Below, piece after piece: positions 1-11,490 of a DNA stretch of 64,000 bases (the stretch's first letter is position 1; every line of letters starts with the position of its first letter). The notes below the pieces were generated by a model. That model ran no database searches. It was not told where the DNA came from and saw nothing but the letters and a program-made list of their open reading frames with translations. Location of the stretch: contig JBMNLC010000001.1 in assembly GCA_050952525.1 (NCBI GenBank), positions 340,123 through 404,122 on the forward strand, written 5' to 3'. The position numbers were made by a program, and so were the translations under genes. This DNA is from Clostridia bacterium. Lineage in GTDB: Bacteria > Bacillota > Clostridia > Christensenellales > JBMNLC01.

Positions 1-1305
1 CTCAAAATACCGGTCCTGCGCTGGCCTGGGGGATGCTTCGCCGATGAATACCACTGGCAGGATGGGATTGGACCGAAGGAAAGCCGCAAAAAGATGATCA
101 ACACCCATTGGGGAGGAGTGATTGAGAACAATCATTTTGGCACCCATGAATTTCTCAGGCTTTGTGAACTTTTGGGCTGCGAACCCTACATATGTGGCAA
201 TGTGGGCAGCGGTACAGTGCGGGAGATGCAGGAATGGGTGGAGTATATGACCTTTGACGGAGAATCGCCCATGGCCAATCTGCGCCGTGCCAACGGACGG
301 GATAAACCCTGGAAATTGAAATATTTCGGCGTTGGCAACGAGAACTGGGGATGTGGTGGCAATATGCGTCCGGAGTATTATGCCGATGAATACCGGCGGT
401 ATCAAACCTATCTGCGGAATTTCGGCGAAAACCGCTTATACAAGATCGCTTGTGGGCCCAATAGCGATGACTACCGTTGGACGGAGGTGCTGATGAGGGA
501 AGCCGGACGGTATATGGATGGGCTGAGCCTCCATTACTACACCGTACCAAGCGGCAACTGGAGAGATAAGGGTTCCGCCTTGGTGTTCGATAGCATCGGT
601 TGGTTCCATACCTTGAAGAGAACCATGTATATGGAGGAGCTTATTGAGAAACATTCCGCCATTATGGATCAATATGATCCCGAGAAGCGAATCGGCCTGA
701 TCGTGGATGAATGGGGGACCTGGTACAATGTGGAGCCCGGTACCAATCCCGGTTTCCTGTATCAGCAGAATACTCTTAGGGATGCTTTGGTTGCCGGAGT
801 GAACCTGAATATATTTAATAACCACAGCGACCGTGTTCAGATGGCCAACATTGCCCAAACGGTGAACGTCTTACAGTCGGTGATTCTGACCGAAGGTGAT
901 CGAATGCTGCGAACGCCTACCTACCATGTATTTGAAATGTATAAGGTAAACCAGGATGCCGAATGGCTGCCGGTTGATTTGATCTGTGATGAATACAGTC
1001 ACGATGGGGAAAGCATTCCTCAGATTTCGGCATCGGCTTCCAGGGACGAAAGGAGAGTTGTGCATATCAGCCTGTGCAATCTGCATCCGGAGAAGTCAGG
1101 GTCCATCCAATGTCAACTGGAGGATATTCAGATCAGCCGTGTGACGGGAAGGGTTTTGACCGCGACCGCTATGAATGCCCATAACACCTTTGACAATCCC
1201 GACCAAGTCAAGCCCGCATCCTTCCAAGACTTTCATGTGGATGGAGGGAATTTGGACGTCGAGCTGCCGGCCAAATCCGTTGTGGTATTGGCTATCGAAG
1301 GCTAG
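1..1305 (+). CDS. abfA: Alpha-L-arabinofuranosidase, GH51 (5' end outside window)
   Basis: Frame open from base 1 ([19 protein letters not shown]). GH51 motifs [11 protein letters not shown] and DEWGTWY; C-terminal AHNTF beta-domain. Confidence 0.93.
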   Translation, partial: LKIPVLRWPGGCFADEYHWQDGIGPKESRKKMINTHWGGVIENNHFGTHEFLRLCELLGCEPYICGNVGSGTVREMQEWVEYMTFDGESPMANLRRANGRDKPWKLKYFGVGNENWGCGGNMRPEYYADEYRRYQTYLRNFGENRLYKIACGPNSDDYRWTEVLMREAGRYMDGLSLHYYTVPSGNWRDKGSALVFDSIGWFHTLKRTMYMEELIEKHSAIMDQYDPEKRIGLIVDEWGTWYNVEPGTNPGFLYQQNTLRDALVAGVNLNIFNNHSDRVQMANIAQTVNVLQSVILTEGDRMLRTPTYHVFEMYKVNQDAEWLPVDLICDEYSHDGESIPQISASASRDERRVVHISLCNLHPEKSGSIQCQLEDIQISRVTGRVLTATAMNAHNTFDNPDQVKPASFQDFHVDGGNLDVELPAKSVVVLAIEG

Positions 1306-1323
1306 AGCGGGGAGACGAGAAAG

Positions 1324-1581
1324 ATGGAAGATAAACTCTGCAAGGGGTGTTCGGCCAGCGTATGGGTGTCTGTAGAGGAAACCTATGAGAAGCTGGTGAC
1401 AACCCTGCTCCGTGAAGAAGATGCTGTAGACAAAGGGGAATACGAGCATCGACTGTCAAAATGCAGGGAATGCCCATCCCTGGTTTATGGGACCACCTGT
1501 AAACATTGCGGCTGTCTGGTGCATGCCCGAGCCCTGACAAAAACAGCCCATTGTCCAAATCCCGGCAGCCCTGCATGGTAG
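1324..1581 (+). CDS. Small Cys-rich protein (DUF6171-like)
   Basis: 85 aa with CKGC, CREC, CKHCGC and CP motifs; tightly spaced between two glycosidase genes. Confidence 0.7.
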   Translation: MEDKLCKGCSASVWVSVEETYEKLVTTLLREEDAVDKGEYEHRLSKCRECPSLVYGTTCKHCGCLVHARALTKTAHCPNPGSPAW

Positions 1582-1613
1582 GATCAATGCTTGAATGAAT
1601 GGGGGAAAGAGCC

Positions 1614-3572
1614 ATGGAGAAATTACAGAGGGGATCCAGCATCCCCCTCCAAAATGTGAAGATCGATAGCCCATTTTGGAACAGATACGTTCATCTTGTT
1701 CGAGATACGATGATCCCGTATCAATGGGAGGCCTTGAATGACAGGATTCCTGATGCCAGTCCCAGTTATGCCATGCATAACTTCCGTGTTGCCGCCGGCC
1801 TGGAGGAGGGTGAATTTCATGGCATGGTCTTTCAGGACAGCGATTTGGCCAAATGGTTGGAAGCCGTGGGTTATAGCCTTCAGACCCATCCCGACCCTGA
1901 ACTGGAGCGGATCGCCGATGAAACCATCGATATCATCGAAAAAGCCCAGGATAAGGATGGGTATCTGAACACCTATTTTCTTATCAAAGAGCCGGACAAA
2001 CGCTGGACCAATTTGAGAGAATGCCATGAGCTTTACTGTGCCGGTCATATGATTGAGGCAGCAGTGGCTTATTATAAAGCCACGGGTAAGGATAAGCTGC
2101 TGAAGGTTGTGGAACGGCTGGTGGACCATATCGATGCTGTCATCGGCCCGGAAGAGGGAAAGCTTCACGGCTATCCTGGTCATGAAGAGATCGAACTGGC
2201 ATTGATCAAGCTGTATCAGGTCACGGGAAAAGAGAAGTACCGTAGACTGGCGAAATACTTTGTTGATGAACGGGGAAAGTCCCCAAACTTTTTCGTTATG
2301 GAATGGGAAAGGCTGGGGCGGACCTCCCACTGGACGGTAGGGCAGGTACCCAGGCCGAATCATGAATATAATCAATCCCATATCCCTGTAAGGGAACAAA
2401 CAGTGGCTGTTGGCCATGCCGTCAGGGCGGTTTATCTATATGCAGGAATGGCTGATGTAGCCGTCCATTCTGGAGACCGAGAGCTATTGGATGTCTGCAA
2501 AAGACTGTGGCACAACATTGTGAAGAAACAGATGTACATTACAGGCGGCATCGGTTCAACCCATCATGGGGAAGCCTTTACCTTTGACTATGACCTCCCA
2601 AATGATACGATCTATGCAGAGACCTGCGCTTCCATTGGCTTGATCTTTTTTTCCCATCGCATGCTGGAAGTGGAAGCGGACAGAGAATATGCTGATGTCA
2701 TCGAAAAAGCCCTCTACAATATTGTATTAGCCAGCATGTCCATGGATGGCTGTCACTTCTTCTATGTAAATCCCCCGGAGGTATGGCCCCAGGCATCTGA
2801 GAAGGATCCTGGCAAGCGCCATGTCAAGCCGGTGCGGCAGAAATGGTTCGGCTGTGCCTGCTGTCCTCCCAATCTGGCCAGGCTACTGGCTTCTTTAGGT
2901 AACTACATCTATACGGTGAGCAGTGATACCCTTTATGTGCATCTCTATATGGGAGGGGAAGCCCTTGCTGAGGTGGCTGGTACCCAATTCAGGGTGATTC
3001 AGGAAACCAATTATCCTTGGGATGGCAAGGTCACCATCCGCCTGAAGGATCTAAAGGATTCCACGTTCCCCTTAGCCCTTCGAATCCCGGGCTGGTGTCG
3101 AAAGGCGGAAATCCTGGTGAATGGCAGAAAAATGGATTTGCTGGCAATCATGAACAAGGGTTATGCCGTCATAGATCGGACCTGGTCGGATGGAGATACG
3201 GTAATAATGGAGATGGAAATGCCTGTTGAGCTGGTATACGCTCATCCAAGGGTCAGGGAGAATGCCTGGAAGGCTGCCCTGCAGCGAGGCCCTCTGGTCT
3301 ACTGCCTGGAGGAGATCGATAACGGATCTAATCTGCCTGCCATATCTCTGTGCCAGGATAAGCTCCCCAGAGTGTCCTATGATCCCGATCTACTGGGCGG
3401 AGTCATGGTCCTCGAAGGAGAAGCTATCCGGCTGATCGATCCGGGGGATGATTCTTCCCTGTACAGAATATCACAGCCCCAAGTGGAACAATTCCGCTAC
3501 AAGGCAGTTCCCTATTTCCTTTGGGGTAATCGGGAACCCGGTGAAATGCTGGTTTGGCTACGATATTCCTGA
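1614..3572 (+). CDS. Beta-L-arabinofuranosidase, GH127 (HypBA1-like)
   Basis: HELYCAGH, GHEEIELAL, GHAVRA, YAETCAS and WFGCACCPPN (Zn/Cys catalytic motif). Alternative start at 1599. Confidence 0.92.
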   Translation: MEKLQRGSSIPLQNVKIDSPFWNRYVHLVRDTMIPYQWEALNDRIPDASPSYAMHNFRVAAGLEEGEFHGMVFQDSDLAKWLEAVGYSLQTHPDPELERIADETIDIIEKAQDKDGYLNTYFLIKEPDKRWTNLRECHELYCAGHMIEAAVAYYKATGKDKLLKVVERLVDHIDAVIGPEEGKLHGYPGHEEIELALIKLYQVTGKEKYRRLAKYFVDERGKSPNFFVMEWERLGRTSHWTVGQVPRPNHEYNQSHIPVREQTVAVGHAVRAVYLYAGMADVAVHSGDRELLDVCKRLWHNIVKKQMYITGGIGSTHHGEAFTFDYDLPNDTIYAETCASIGLIFFSHRMLEVEADREYADVIEKALYNIVLASMSMDGCHFFYVNPPEVWPQASEKDPGKRHVKPVRQKWFGCACCPPNLARLLASLGNYIYTVSSDTLYVHLYMGGEALAEVAGTQFRVIQETNYPWDGKVTIRLKDLKDSTFPLALRIPGWCRKAEILVNGRKMDLLAIMNKGYAVIDRTWSDGDTVIMEMEMPVELVYAHPRVRENAWKAALQRGPLVYCLEEIDNGSNLPAISLCQDKLPRVSYDPDLLGGVMVLEGEAIRLIDPGDDSSLYRISQPQVEQFRYKAVPYFLWGNREPGEMLVWLRYS

Positions 3573-3630
3573 GATGAATAAAGCCTGGAGAACAGAAGCT
3601 CCAGGCTTTGAGGAAGGTCGGTGAAGGTTT

Positions 3631-4170
3631 ATGAAGACCTTGGAAACCCATCGCTTAATTTTAAGAGCGTGGGAAATGGATGATCTGGATGATTTCTATG
3701 AATATGCAAAGAATCCCAATGTAGGCCCAATGGCAGGATGGGAACCCCATGGAAGCAAAGAAGTATCGAAGAAGATATTAGAATCCTTTATAGAGAAGGA
3801 TGAAGTATGGGCCATTGAGTATAAGGCTAACCGCAAGGTGATCGGTTCTATTGGTGCTCATCCTGATATGAAGAGGCAAGGTATCAGGGCAAGGATGATC
3901 GGTTATGCGCTATCCGAGGATTATTGGGGTCAGGGTATTATGACGGAGGCAGTAAAAGAGGTGATCAGATACCTCTTTGAAGAAGAGAAATATGATATGG
4001 TCTCCTGCTACCACTATCCTTTCAACAAGCGGTCAAAGAGAGTAATAGAAAAATGCGGCTTTATTTATGAAGGCACATTAAGGTCAGTCAGCATGATTTA
4101 TGACGGAACAACTTATGATGTTGCCTGTTATTCCATAACGAAGGAGGACTACTATCAGAGATTGAAATAG
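3631..4170 (+). CDS. GNAT N-acetyltransferase, RimJ/RimL family
   Basis: LETHRLILR start, IGYALSEDYWGQGIMTEA and NKRSKRVIEKCGF motifs. Confidence 0.88.
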   Translation: MKTLETHRLILRAWEMDDLDDFYEYAKNPNVGPMAGWEPHGSKEVSKKILESFIEKDEVWAIEYKANRKVIGSIGAHPDMKRQGIRARMIGYALSEDYWGQGIMTEAVKEVIRYLFEEEKYDMVSCYHYPFNKRSKRVIEKCGFIYEGTLRSVSMIYDGTTYDVACYSITKEDYYQRLK

Positions 4171-4251
4171 ACTGAAAAACGTTTCACGTACATACTCTTG
4201 CCATTGCTATCATCTGCTTTCGTATATACAAATAATGTTAGTATGATTTTC

Positions 4252-4301
4252 AAATAAAAAGGGCTGTGGATGAAGGGATTTCATCAACAGCCTTTTTATT
4301 T
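4252..4301. terminator. Bidirectional intrinsic terminator-like hairpin
   Basis: aaataaaaagggctgt...acagcctttttattt inverted repeat with A and T tails. Confidence 0.6.
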
Positions 4302-4528
4302 GGGAGCTGAGTGTATGTCGTTTGGTAGGAAAAAACCACACATTTTTACGGAAAATTCGACAGCACAGAGTTCTAAAGGTATTATTGTTGTATATTTTCA
4401 CCAAAATAGGTTCCGACTGGGTAAAATTCGTGGTATAATATGGAAATACGCTTAGTAGGTTGACAATGATGGACAGCTAAGGATGAATGGTTTAGGGGAA
4501 ATTGTAGAACTGTATTGGGGGAATATGA

Positions 4529-5646
4529 ATGGCAAGGGTATCGCTGCATAGGGTATGCAAAGTATACCCGGGAGGCGTTCAGGCAGTTAACGATTTTACC
4601 CTGGACATAGAAGACAGGGAATTCATTGTGCTGGTGGGACCCTCCGGGTGTGGGAAATCCACCATCCTGCGAATGGTGGCTGGGCTGGAGGAGATCACTC
4701 GTGGGGAAGTATATATAGATGGTCGGAAGATGAATGATATCCCCCCGAAGGATCGGGACATAGCCATGGTTTTTCAGAACTATGCCTTTATCCACATATG
4801 ACAGTGTACCAGAATATGGCTTTTAGCCTCAAAATCAGAAGAATGCCCAAACCTGAAATCGATAGGCGGATTAAGGAGGCGACGGACATTTTGAAGATCG
4901 GGCATTTGCTCCATCGAAAACCCAGGGTACTTTCCGGTGGAGAAATGCAGCGCGTAGCTTTGGGACGAGCCATGGTTCGTGATCCCAAGGTATTTCTCAT
5001 GGATGAACCTTTGTCCAACCTGGATGCCGAGCTCAGGATGCAGATGAGGACAGAGATCACGAAATTGCATCAACGCCTGCAAACCACCTTCATCTATGTA
5101 ACCTATGACCAGACGGAAGCCATGACCATGGGAAACCGAATTGTTGTGATGAAGGATGGATATATCCAACAGGTGGATACACCCCAGAATCCATATGATC
5201 ATCCAGCCAACCTGTTCGTAGCGGGATTTATCGGAAGTCCACGAATGAACTTCTTGGAGCTGGAATTGATGAGAGACGGGGACCAGGTTTATGGCGTATT
5301 TGGGGAGCATAGAATATCGATTCCGGGTGAGATCATAAGAAAAATGAATGGCCGATCATATATCGGGAGGACCGTCCTCATGGGGGTTCGACCGGAGCAT
5401 ATCCATACCGATACTTTCTTTTTTAATAATTCACAGAACATGCCGATCCCTGCCCGTGTGGAATTGGTTGAGAATATGGGAGCGGAGATTTACCTGCACC
5501 TCGCTATCCCCGGAAAGGAAGACACGTTGACCGCCCGGGTGGATGTGAGAACCATGGCGAAAAGTGGGGACACCATGCATATCTCATTTGACACAAATCA
5601 TTTACATTTCTTAGATAAAGATACAGAAGCCAGTATATTGAGATAA
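4529..5646 (+). pseudogene. Sugar ABC transporter ATPase (MsmX/MalK type), frameshifted
   Basis: Walker A GPSGCGKS is in ORF 4529-4801; LSGG and DEPLSNLD are in ORF 4798-5646. A 1-nt deletion near 4786 breaks QNYALYPHM. The H-loop reads YVTYDQ instead of YVTHDQ. Confidence 0.85.
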
Positions 5647-5765
5647 GCCCAAGGAAGCTATGACTTTGTTTACTAAGCTATACGATAATACAATGTCAAA
5701 GTCGTTTTCGTGAAGGCATATAAGAACGGAGATACCAACTCAGTCATATTGTGAGGAGGATGCTC

Positions 5766-7085
5766 ATGAGAAGGTTTCTGGCAATCATCAACATTATCAT
5801 TCTTGCTGTATTTCTGACAGCCTGCACCATACAACCAATGGAGACAAAAGGTGAGCATCAAGGAGAGACTGGGGAAGATAATCCTGCAGGAACAACCGTG
5901 GATCATGATCAGGACATTGTAACTGTTAACGTTCTTGTGCCGGAGCAAAGCACGTTAGGGATAATGAAACATAAAGTCCAGCAGGCGCTTCCCGAGGGAA
6001 TCCGTGTGCAATTTTTGGAAGCAAATCAAAAATACGCTTTGGAAGTGGATGAACTCATTTACAAACTGACGGCACACAGTAGTGAGTTTGATATCTTTTA
6101 TATACGGTCTGACCAGGAATTTGCCAGAAACATCATTGAAAAGGGTTTTTATGTGGATTTACTGCAAAATGATAAAATATCCGCATTCTATGATGCAATG
6201 TATTCTCAGATTCAAAAATGGTGTACGTATAATAATCAAATGTTTGGCTTTCCCGCCCTTGTAAGACCCTATGCTCATTTGACAGCCCAGGAGAATTCAC
6301 TGAAACAATTGGGTTATTCCATCGATGATTTACGTACTTTTTCGGATGTATTCCGGTTTTCGAAAGAGTGGGAGGACAAATTTCAGGAAACAGGAGTATA
6401 CTGGTCGCCGAGCGAAACCATCGCCACGATTCTGCGATCATATTTATTGTCCCATTATGATTACGATAAAATGTATATAGAGGTAGATAATCAAAACTTT
6501 CGGGATTTTCTGGAAGGCCTAAAGGACATCAGAAGGAACCAAGACTGGGTGGATGTGGATAACGTTGACAATCTTTACTTTGATTATTTTAGCGTCGAGA
6601 TATTTATTGGAAATATTTTTCCGGTGTATGTATATAAAACCCATGGATTCAATGAAATGGCACCAGCTTCCATGCCCTTACTGGACCAGGAGACAGATGG
6701 AAGACGGGCAATCGATGCTTCCTTTTATATCATCAATCCCTTTAGCAAACACATCGATGAGGCTCTTGAAGCCATGGTGCAGATCGGAGAAATCAGTAAA
6801 CATGCAGATGTTCGCGAGTTGCTATATAAGGACATGGCGTTTTATAGCAGCGGAGAGTCAACAGGGGTATATGGCACTCCTTTGAATGCCCTATATAAAG
6901 AACAAAGGATGTATGACAGGATGGGGAAGTACTGGCAGCAGCATGAGCTGTATTATGCTTTTCCTGGGATGAATGATCTCTTGGGAATTTGTGATGAGTA
7001 TTTGAAGGATGCTGTTTCCTTGGATGAAGCCATTGAAAAAATGGAACATATCATTGATATTGTACGACGGGAGAGTTTGAAATAA
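5766..7085 (+). CDS. ABC transporter solute-binding lipoprotein
   Basis: Signal peptide with lipobox LTAC and a GGAGGA RBS; lies upstream of two permeases. Confidence 0.75.
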   Translation: MRRFLAIINIIILAVFLTACTIQPMETKGEHQGETGEDNPAGTTVDHDQDIVTVNVLVPEQSTLGIMKHKVQQALPEGIRVQFLEANQKYALEVDELIYKLTAHSSEFDIFYIRSDQEFARNIIEKGFYVDLLQNDKISAFYDAMYSQIQKWCTYNNQMFGFPALVRPYAHLTAQENSLKQLGYSIDDLRTFSDVFRFSKEWEDKFQETGVYWSPSETIATILRSYLLSHYDYDKMYIEVDNQNFRDFLEGLKDIRRNQDWVDVDNVDNLYFDYFSVEIFIGNIFPVYVYKTHGFNEMAPASMPLLDQETDGRRAIDASFYIINPFSKHIDEALEAMVQIGEISKHADVRELLYKDMAFYSSGESTGVYGTPLNALYKEQRMYDRMGKYWQQHELYYAFPGMNDLLGICDEYLKDAVSLDEAIEKMEHIIDIVRRESLK

Positions 7086-7933
7086 TGGGAAAGATGAAAT
7101 TCCAACAGGTGATAGGGTTTCTGCTCCCTAGTTTGGCAGGACTGGGGATTTTCTATATTATCCCCTTCCTGGGCAGCCTCTACTATGCCTTCAGCCGCAG
7201 TGACGCCCGGGGAGGCTGGGCGGGATTGGACAATTTCCGCGCCTTGTTTTCAAGCGATCTTTTCTTGGTGGCATCAAGGAACACCCTGCTCTTTATGTTT
7301 CTGATCGTGCCGCTGATCGTTGCCCTGTCCTTCTTTCTTTCCATGCTGGTCTGGAGCCAGAGGGGCATCGGAAGGCTGTTTCGGAGCGTAATGATGACGA
7401 CCTATGTGATGCCTACGGTAGCGGTATTGCTTCTATAGAGCATGCTTTTCCATCGGGCCGGTACGATCAATGGGGTGATGGAGCTCTTCGGTTTCTCCCC
7501 TGTGGACTGGATGGAGGGGGGTCAAATGCGCTGGCCGGTTATCATGATGTTCCTTTGGAAGAACATCGGCTTTAACATGATCATCCTATTGGCCTCCCTG
7601 AATGCCATCCCCAAGGAAGTGCTGGAATCCTCCCTGCTGGATGGAGCCGGTTGGTTGAGAAGACAGGTTTTTATCATCATTCCCCACATCATACCTGCTC
7701 TGGTCTTCGTTATAATCATATCCATGATTAATTCCCTGAAGATATTTAAGGAGGCCTATGTACTAGCCGGACCCTACCCGGATGACAGTTTATATACCCT
7801 GCAGCATTTCATTTATAATCAGTTCAACCAGCTGAACTATAACTATGTGGTATCCGCAGCATTCCTGTTCTTGGTCGTCATTTTTATCTTGGTGGGCTTT
7901 CTGTTCCTGTTCGAGTACAAAATAAAGGAGTGA
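7085..7933 (+). pseudogene. Carbohydrate ABC permease with in-frame TAG at 7436-7438
   Basis: ORFs 7085-7438 and 7442-7933 share a frame; EAA-like loop IPKEVLESSLLDGA. Confidence 0.8.
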
Positions 7934-7940
7934 TAAGGAA

Positions 7941-8816
7941 ATGATCGGAGGTATTCCAGGGAAAAGAAGGATGGGCGGGATAATGGTATTCCTTTTTCTG
8001 ACTGTACTATCTTTTATCGTGTTGTTGCCCATATTGCTGACCATATCCTATTCCTTTGAAGGACTCTTGGAGATTACCCGTTATTTTGACCAGTTTGAGC
8101 ATGCACAACCTCAGAAACACATCAGGACCAAATGGCTGCCCATTGCATTCAACCTGAATCAGTACTACAACGTACTGATCAAAAAGTAAGGATACCTGAG
8201 ATATCTCTTTAACTCCGTCAGATATACCGTCATTATCTTGATTGGACAGTTGCTGCTGGCACCTTTGGCGGCATTTGCCTTCTCCAAGTTTACCTTTCGA
8301 TTCAAAAATGTCCTGTTCTTCATTTATGTGGTGGTCATGATGCTGCCCTTCCAGGGCGTCATGATTCCCAACTATATCGCTTTGGGCAATATGGGTCTGT
8401 TGAATACGGCATGGAGTCTGATCCTGCCGGGGATCTTTTCTCCCTTTGCTGTTTTCCTGCTGCGCCAGTATATGATGAATGTACCGGATGAAATATTGGA
8501 AGCCGCCAGGATCGACGGAGCCAGCAATCTTCAAATCTTCTTCCATATTATGCTGCCCCAGGTGACCCCGGGTTTGGCGGCCATGGTGGTTCTTTCCTTT
8601 GCAGAGATATGGAACATGGTAGAACAGCCCTTATTACTGGTCAGGGATAAAAAGCTATACCCTCTGTCCCTGGTTCTATGCGATCTGGAGAAAGTATCCA
8701 TGACGGAGGTATTTGCCGGAGCGGTGCTGTTCATGGCACCGGTTATCATCCTGTATTTCATATTCCATGACGACATCATATCAGGGATCGAATACTTCCG
8801 CATCAATCGACTGTGA
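7941..8816 (+). pseudogene. Carbohydrate ABC permease with in-frame TAA at 8187-8189
   Basis: ORFs 7941-8189 and 8238-8816 share a frame (linker GYLRYLFNS); EAA motif EILEAARIDGAS. Confidence 0.8.
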
Positions 8817-8826
8817 GGTGGTCTGA

Positions 8827-10157
8827 ATGAGAAAAACAGCCATAAAGGTAGCCATCCTGTTTGTAGTGGGATTATTTATCTGTGTCCTGGTCTCCAGAGC
8901 GGTTACATATCTGACAGCCCCTAAAGGCGATTTTGTCAAACAGCAAAAGGCTTATATCTACAAAGAGTATACTCACACGGGGAGTATAGAGTTTATTAAT
9001 CAGGAAGACATCTACTGGAAGGAAGCCTTGAACAGGCCCCTTCAAATTACAGAGGTGTACATTAAAACCGGAGATTATGTGGAGGAAGGAGATTCCCTTT
9101 TTACATTTGAGCTTTATCAGGATGCCCAGGAGGAAAAAATGGCGTTGGAGAAGGAGCTTCAAACTCTGGCTCAGACGAAGACCGCCTTGTATGAAACCAT
9201 CCTGAAGATGAGGGTAAAGCTTGAGTCCAGGGGAGTGCAGCTGGCCCGGGAATATGTGGAGATTCAAGCCCGCATACTGGTTCTGAAAAGCAAGATCCAA
9301 GATGCTCTGGCGGAGGAAATCGAATGGGAATTGTCCTCCCATGAAGAAACGCTTAAGGAACCCATACAGCAGGAAAATGTATCGGAGGACACCATTGCAG
9401 ATATCCAGGAGTATCTTTCTTTGACGGAACGGCTCCGGGAGATGCAGCCTGCTCTGGACAAAGAGCTGAAGCGAGGCAACAATACCGATTACCAGATTGG
9501 CCTGAAGTGGTATGAACTACAGCAGGAAATGGATGAAGTTGCTCAAAAACTGGCGGAGCTTGAACGATTGGAGAAACAGCCCATAAGCTATACAGCTCCC
9601 AAAAGGGGCAGAATCACTGCCGTCTATGGGAAAATTGGGGATGTCTATAACGGAGTAATGCCCCTGTTTGCCGTAAGCTCCAGCGAATTTCCCTGATCTC
9701 CATTCCGATCGAAGAGGTTTTTCAGGATGACTCTTATATGCAGAATAATTATACCATCAAGTACAAAGGCGGGAGTTTTGACTGCAAAATAAAGGGGATT
9801 CAGGATGACAAACTCATCCTTGAACCAGCTTCTTCCTTATTCAAAGGACAGAACATGGAGCGAATGAGTGAAATCTCAGTTGAAGTTCAATCCACTACGG
9901 AAAAAGTATTGTATACGTCAGCTCTGCCGGTATCGGCCATTGTTCATAAGGATAACAAGGATTACATTTATATTGTGAACAAGAAACAGGGCTTCTGGGA
10001 GGAGGAGTACAGAGTGGAGGAACACGAAGTATATATTTCCATATACAATGATCTTTATGCAGCATTGTCAACTCCTCTGGCGGATGATACCATCGTCCTG
10101 GACAGGTGGGACCGGACTATTATGGATGGACAGCGGGTGTATGAATATGCTCAGTAG
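8827..10157 (+). pseudogene. Efflux membrane-fusion/periplasmic adaptor protein (MacA/HlyD-like), frameshifted near 9690
   Basis: N-terminal TM helix, lipoyl half-motifs VYIKTGDYVEEGDSLF and APKRGRITAV around a coiled coil. The C-terminal LPVSAIV beta domain is in another frame (9738-10157). Confidence 0.7.
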
Positions 10158-11382
10158 AAAGAGAGTACTCCGAAAGCGTGGCTTTGTTTTTCTCCTGTGC
10201 TTGTGGATGGGAATAGTCCTTTTTTCTCTCGCTTCAGGAGTGCGGCTGCTCTATGCTGCGCCGGATATCGTCTCGGCCTGGACATCCTTATCCCTATATC
10301 CTTTTAATATGGACAGGAAATTTTTTTCAAGAACTCTTCCCCATGTGACGGCTGTGGGTTTGATGAAGGATGGAAATGTTTCCAGCCGGTATCGCACTGT
10401 CTACGAAGTGGATCTCATTCTGGTAGACGATCAGTATGCGGATGTCTACTCTCCAAGGATGAAGCAGGGAAGATTCTTTTGGGAAAAGGACTTTGACAGA
10501 AATACGGCAGTGCTTAACGACGAGCTTGCCTTTCAGTTGTTCGGCTATACGGATTGTGTGGGGGAACGTTATACCTATAAGGATCAAAGCTATGTGGTTG
10601 TGGGAGTAACCTCTGACGACAATACCCGATATTCAAAGAGCAGGTATCGCATGTATGTCCCATATTCCATAGGTGAGAATAGCCTCTGCGATTTTGTGGG
10701 AGTTGCAGGCATTCCTTTTCGCGGAAACACCCCAGCGAGGTTGGACATAAACCGATTTATGATGGGAAGATACAGGGTATTTGAAACCATCGACATTATT
10801 GCAGCCAAGCAGACCTTGTGGTTTTTGATCAAACTGAGCGGGATACCTATTTTAATAACAGCCTTCTCGGCACTGGCTATCATCTTGAAGGAAAGGGTTA
10901 CAAAGGACATCCGCATTATCAAAGAGCGTCTTCAAAGCTTATACCTGACCGATATCCTTCCCCAAATCCTTGGATGGAGTATTGTATATGCAGGAATTTT
11001 AACCGTTATCATCTATGTGTTAAGGAAACTATATGATCAATTCCTGTACGATCTTTTACGGCTGGGTGAAAACTTCAGCGTAAGCGCTGTCGATTGGAAA
11101 GGCCTTGTAAAGCTGTTTTATAGGATATACAACTTCCTGGATAAACAGGTGAAGCCCGATGAACTCCTTATATTACAGGACAGCAGAGCTTTGATCGGCT
11201 TTGGGATCATCTTGTTCTATCTGGGAGGATTGGCGTTTGCCCTCTATGGAATTTTCACAGGATTAGGAAGAAAAGCCGGTCACCTGATGTCAATCAGAAG
11301 AAAACCGTATGGTATCAATGTCTTCCGGTCTATTCCCATATTGAAGGAAAGGCTGGACATTAAAAAGATGTTAAGGAAATAA
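10141..11382 (+). CDS. ABC permease with MacB-like extracytoplasmic domain
   Basis: GRFF...AVLNDELAFQLFG...VG...YVVVGV MacB_PCD-like pattern plus several TM helices. Confidence 0.7.
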   Translation: MNMLSRKRVLRKRGFVFLLCLWMGIVLFSLASGVRLLYAAPDIVSAWTSLSLYPFNMDRKFFSRTLPHVTAVGLMKDGNVSSRYRTVYEVDLILVDDQYADVYSPRMKQGRFFWEKDFDRNTAVLNDELAFQLFGYTDCVGERYTYKDQSYVVVGVTSDDNTRYSKSRYRMYVPYSIGENSLCDFVGVAGIPFRGNTPARLDINRFMMGRYRVFETIDIIAAKQTLWFLIKLSGIPILITAFSALAIILKERVTKDIRIIKERLQSLYLTDILPQILGWSIVYAGILTVIIYVLRKLYDQFLYDLLRLGENFSVSAVDWKGLVKLFYRIYNFLDKQVKPDELLILQDSRALIGFGIILFYLGGLAFALYGIFTGLGRKAGHLMSIRRKPYGINVFRSIPILKERLDIKKMLRK

Positions 11383-11490
11383 GTCATCATCCTCTTACAT
11401 AGTTGAGGGGATACCGGAAACGATGGCACATGATTCGGAAGGAGATTCTAGTGTGTCAAATATAAATATATAATGGAGTGTGAACCAGCG

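Noticed and set aside
4218-4233. AraR-like operator tttcgtatatacaaat
   Set aside because: Several mismatches to the palindrome, and it is followed by a terminator hairpin rather than a gene.
4780-4801. Programmed frameshift in the ABC ATPase
   Set aside because: No slippery heptamer at the break, the H-loop is also mutated, and neighbouring genes are broken.
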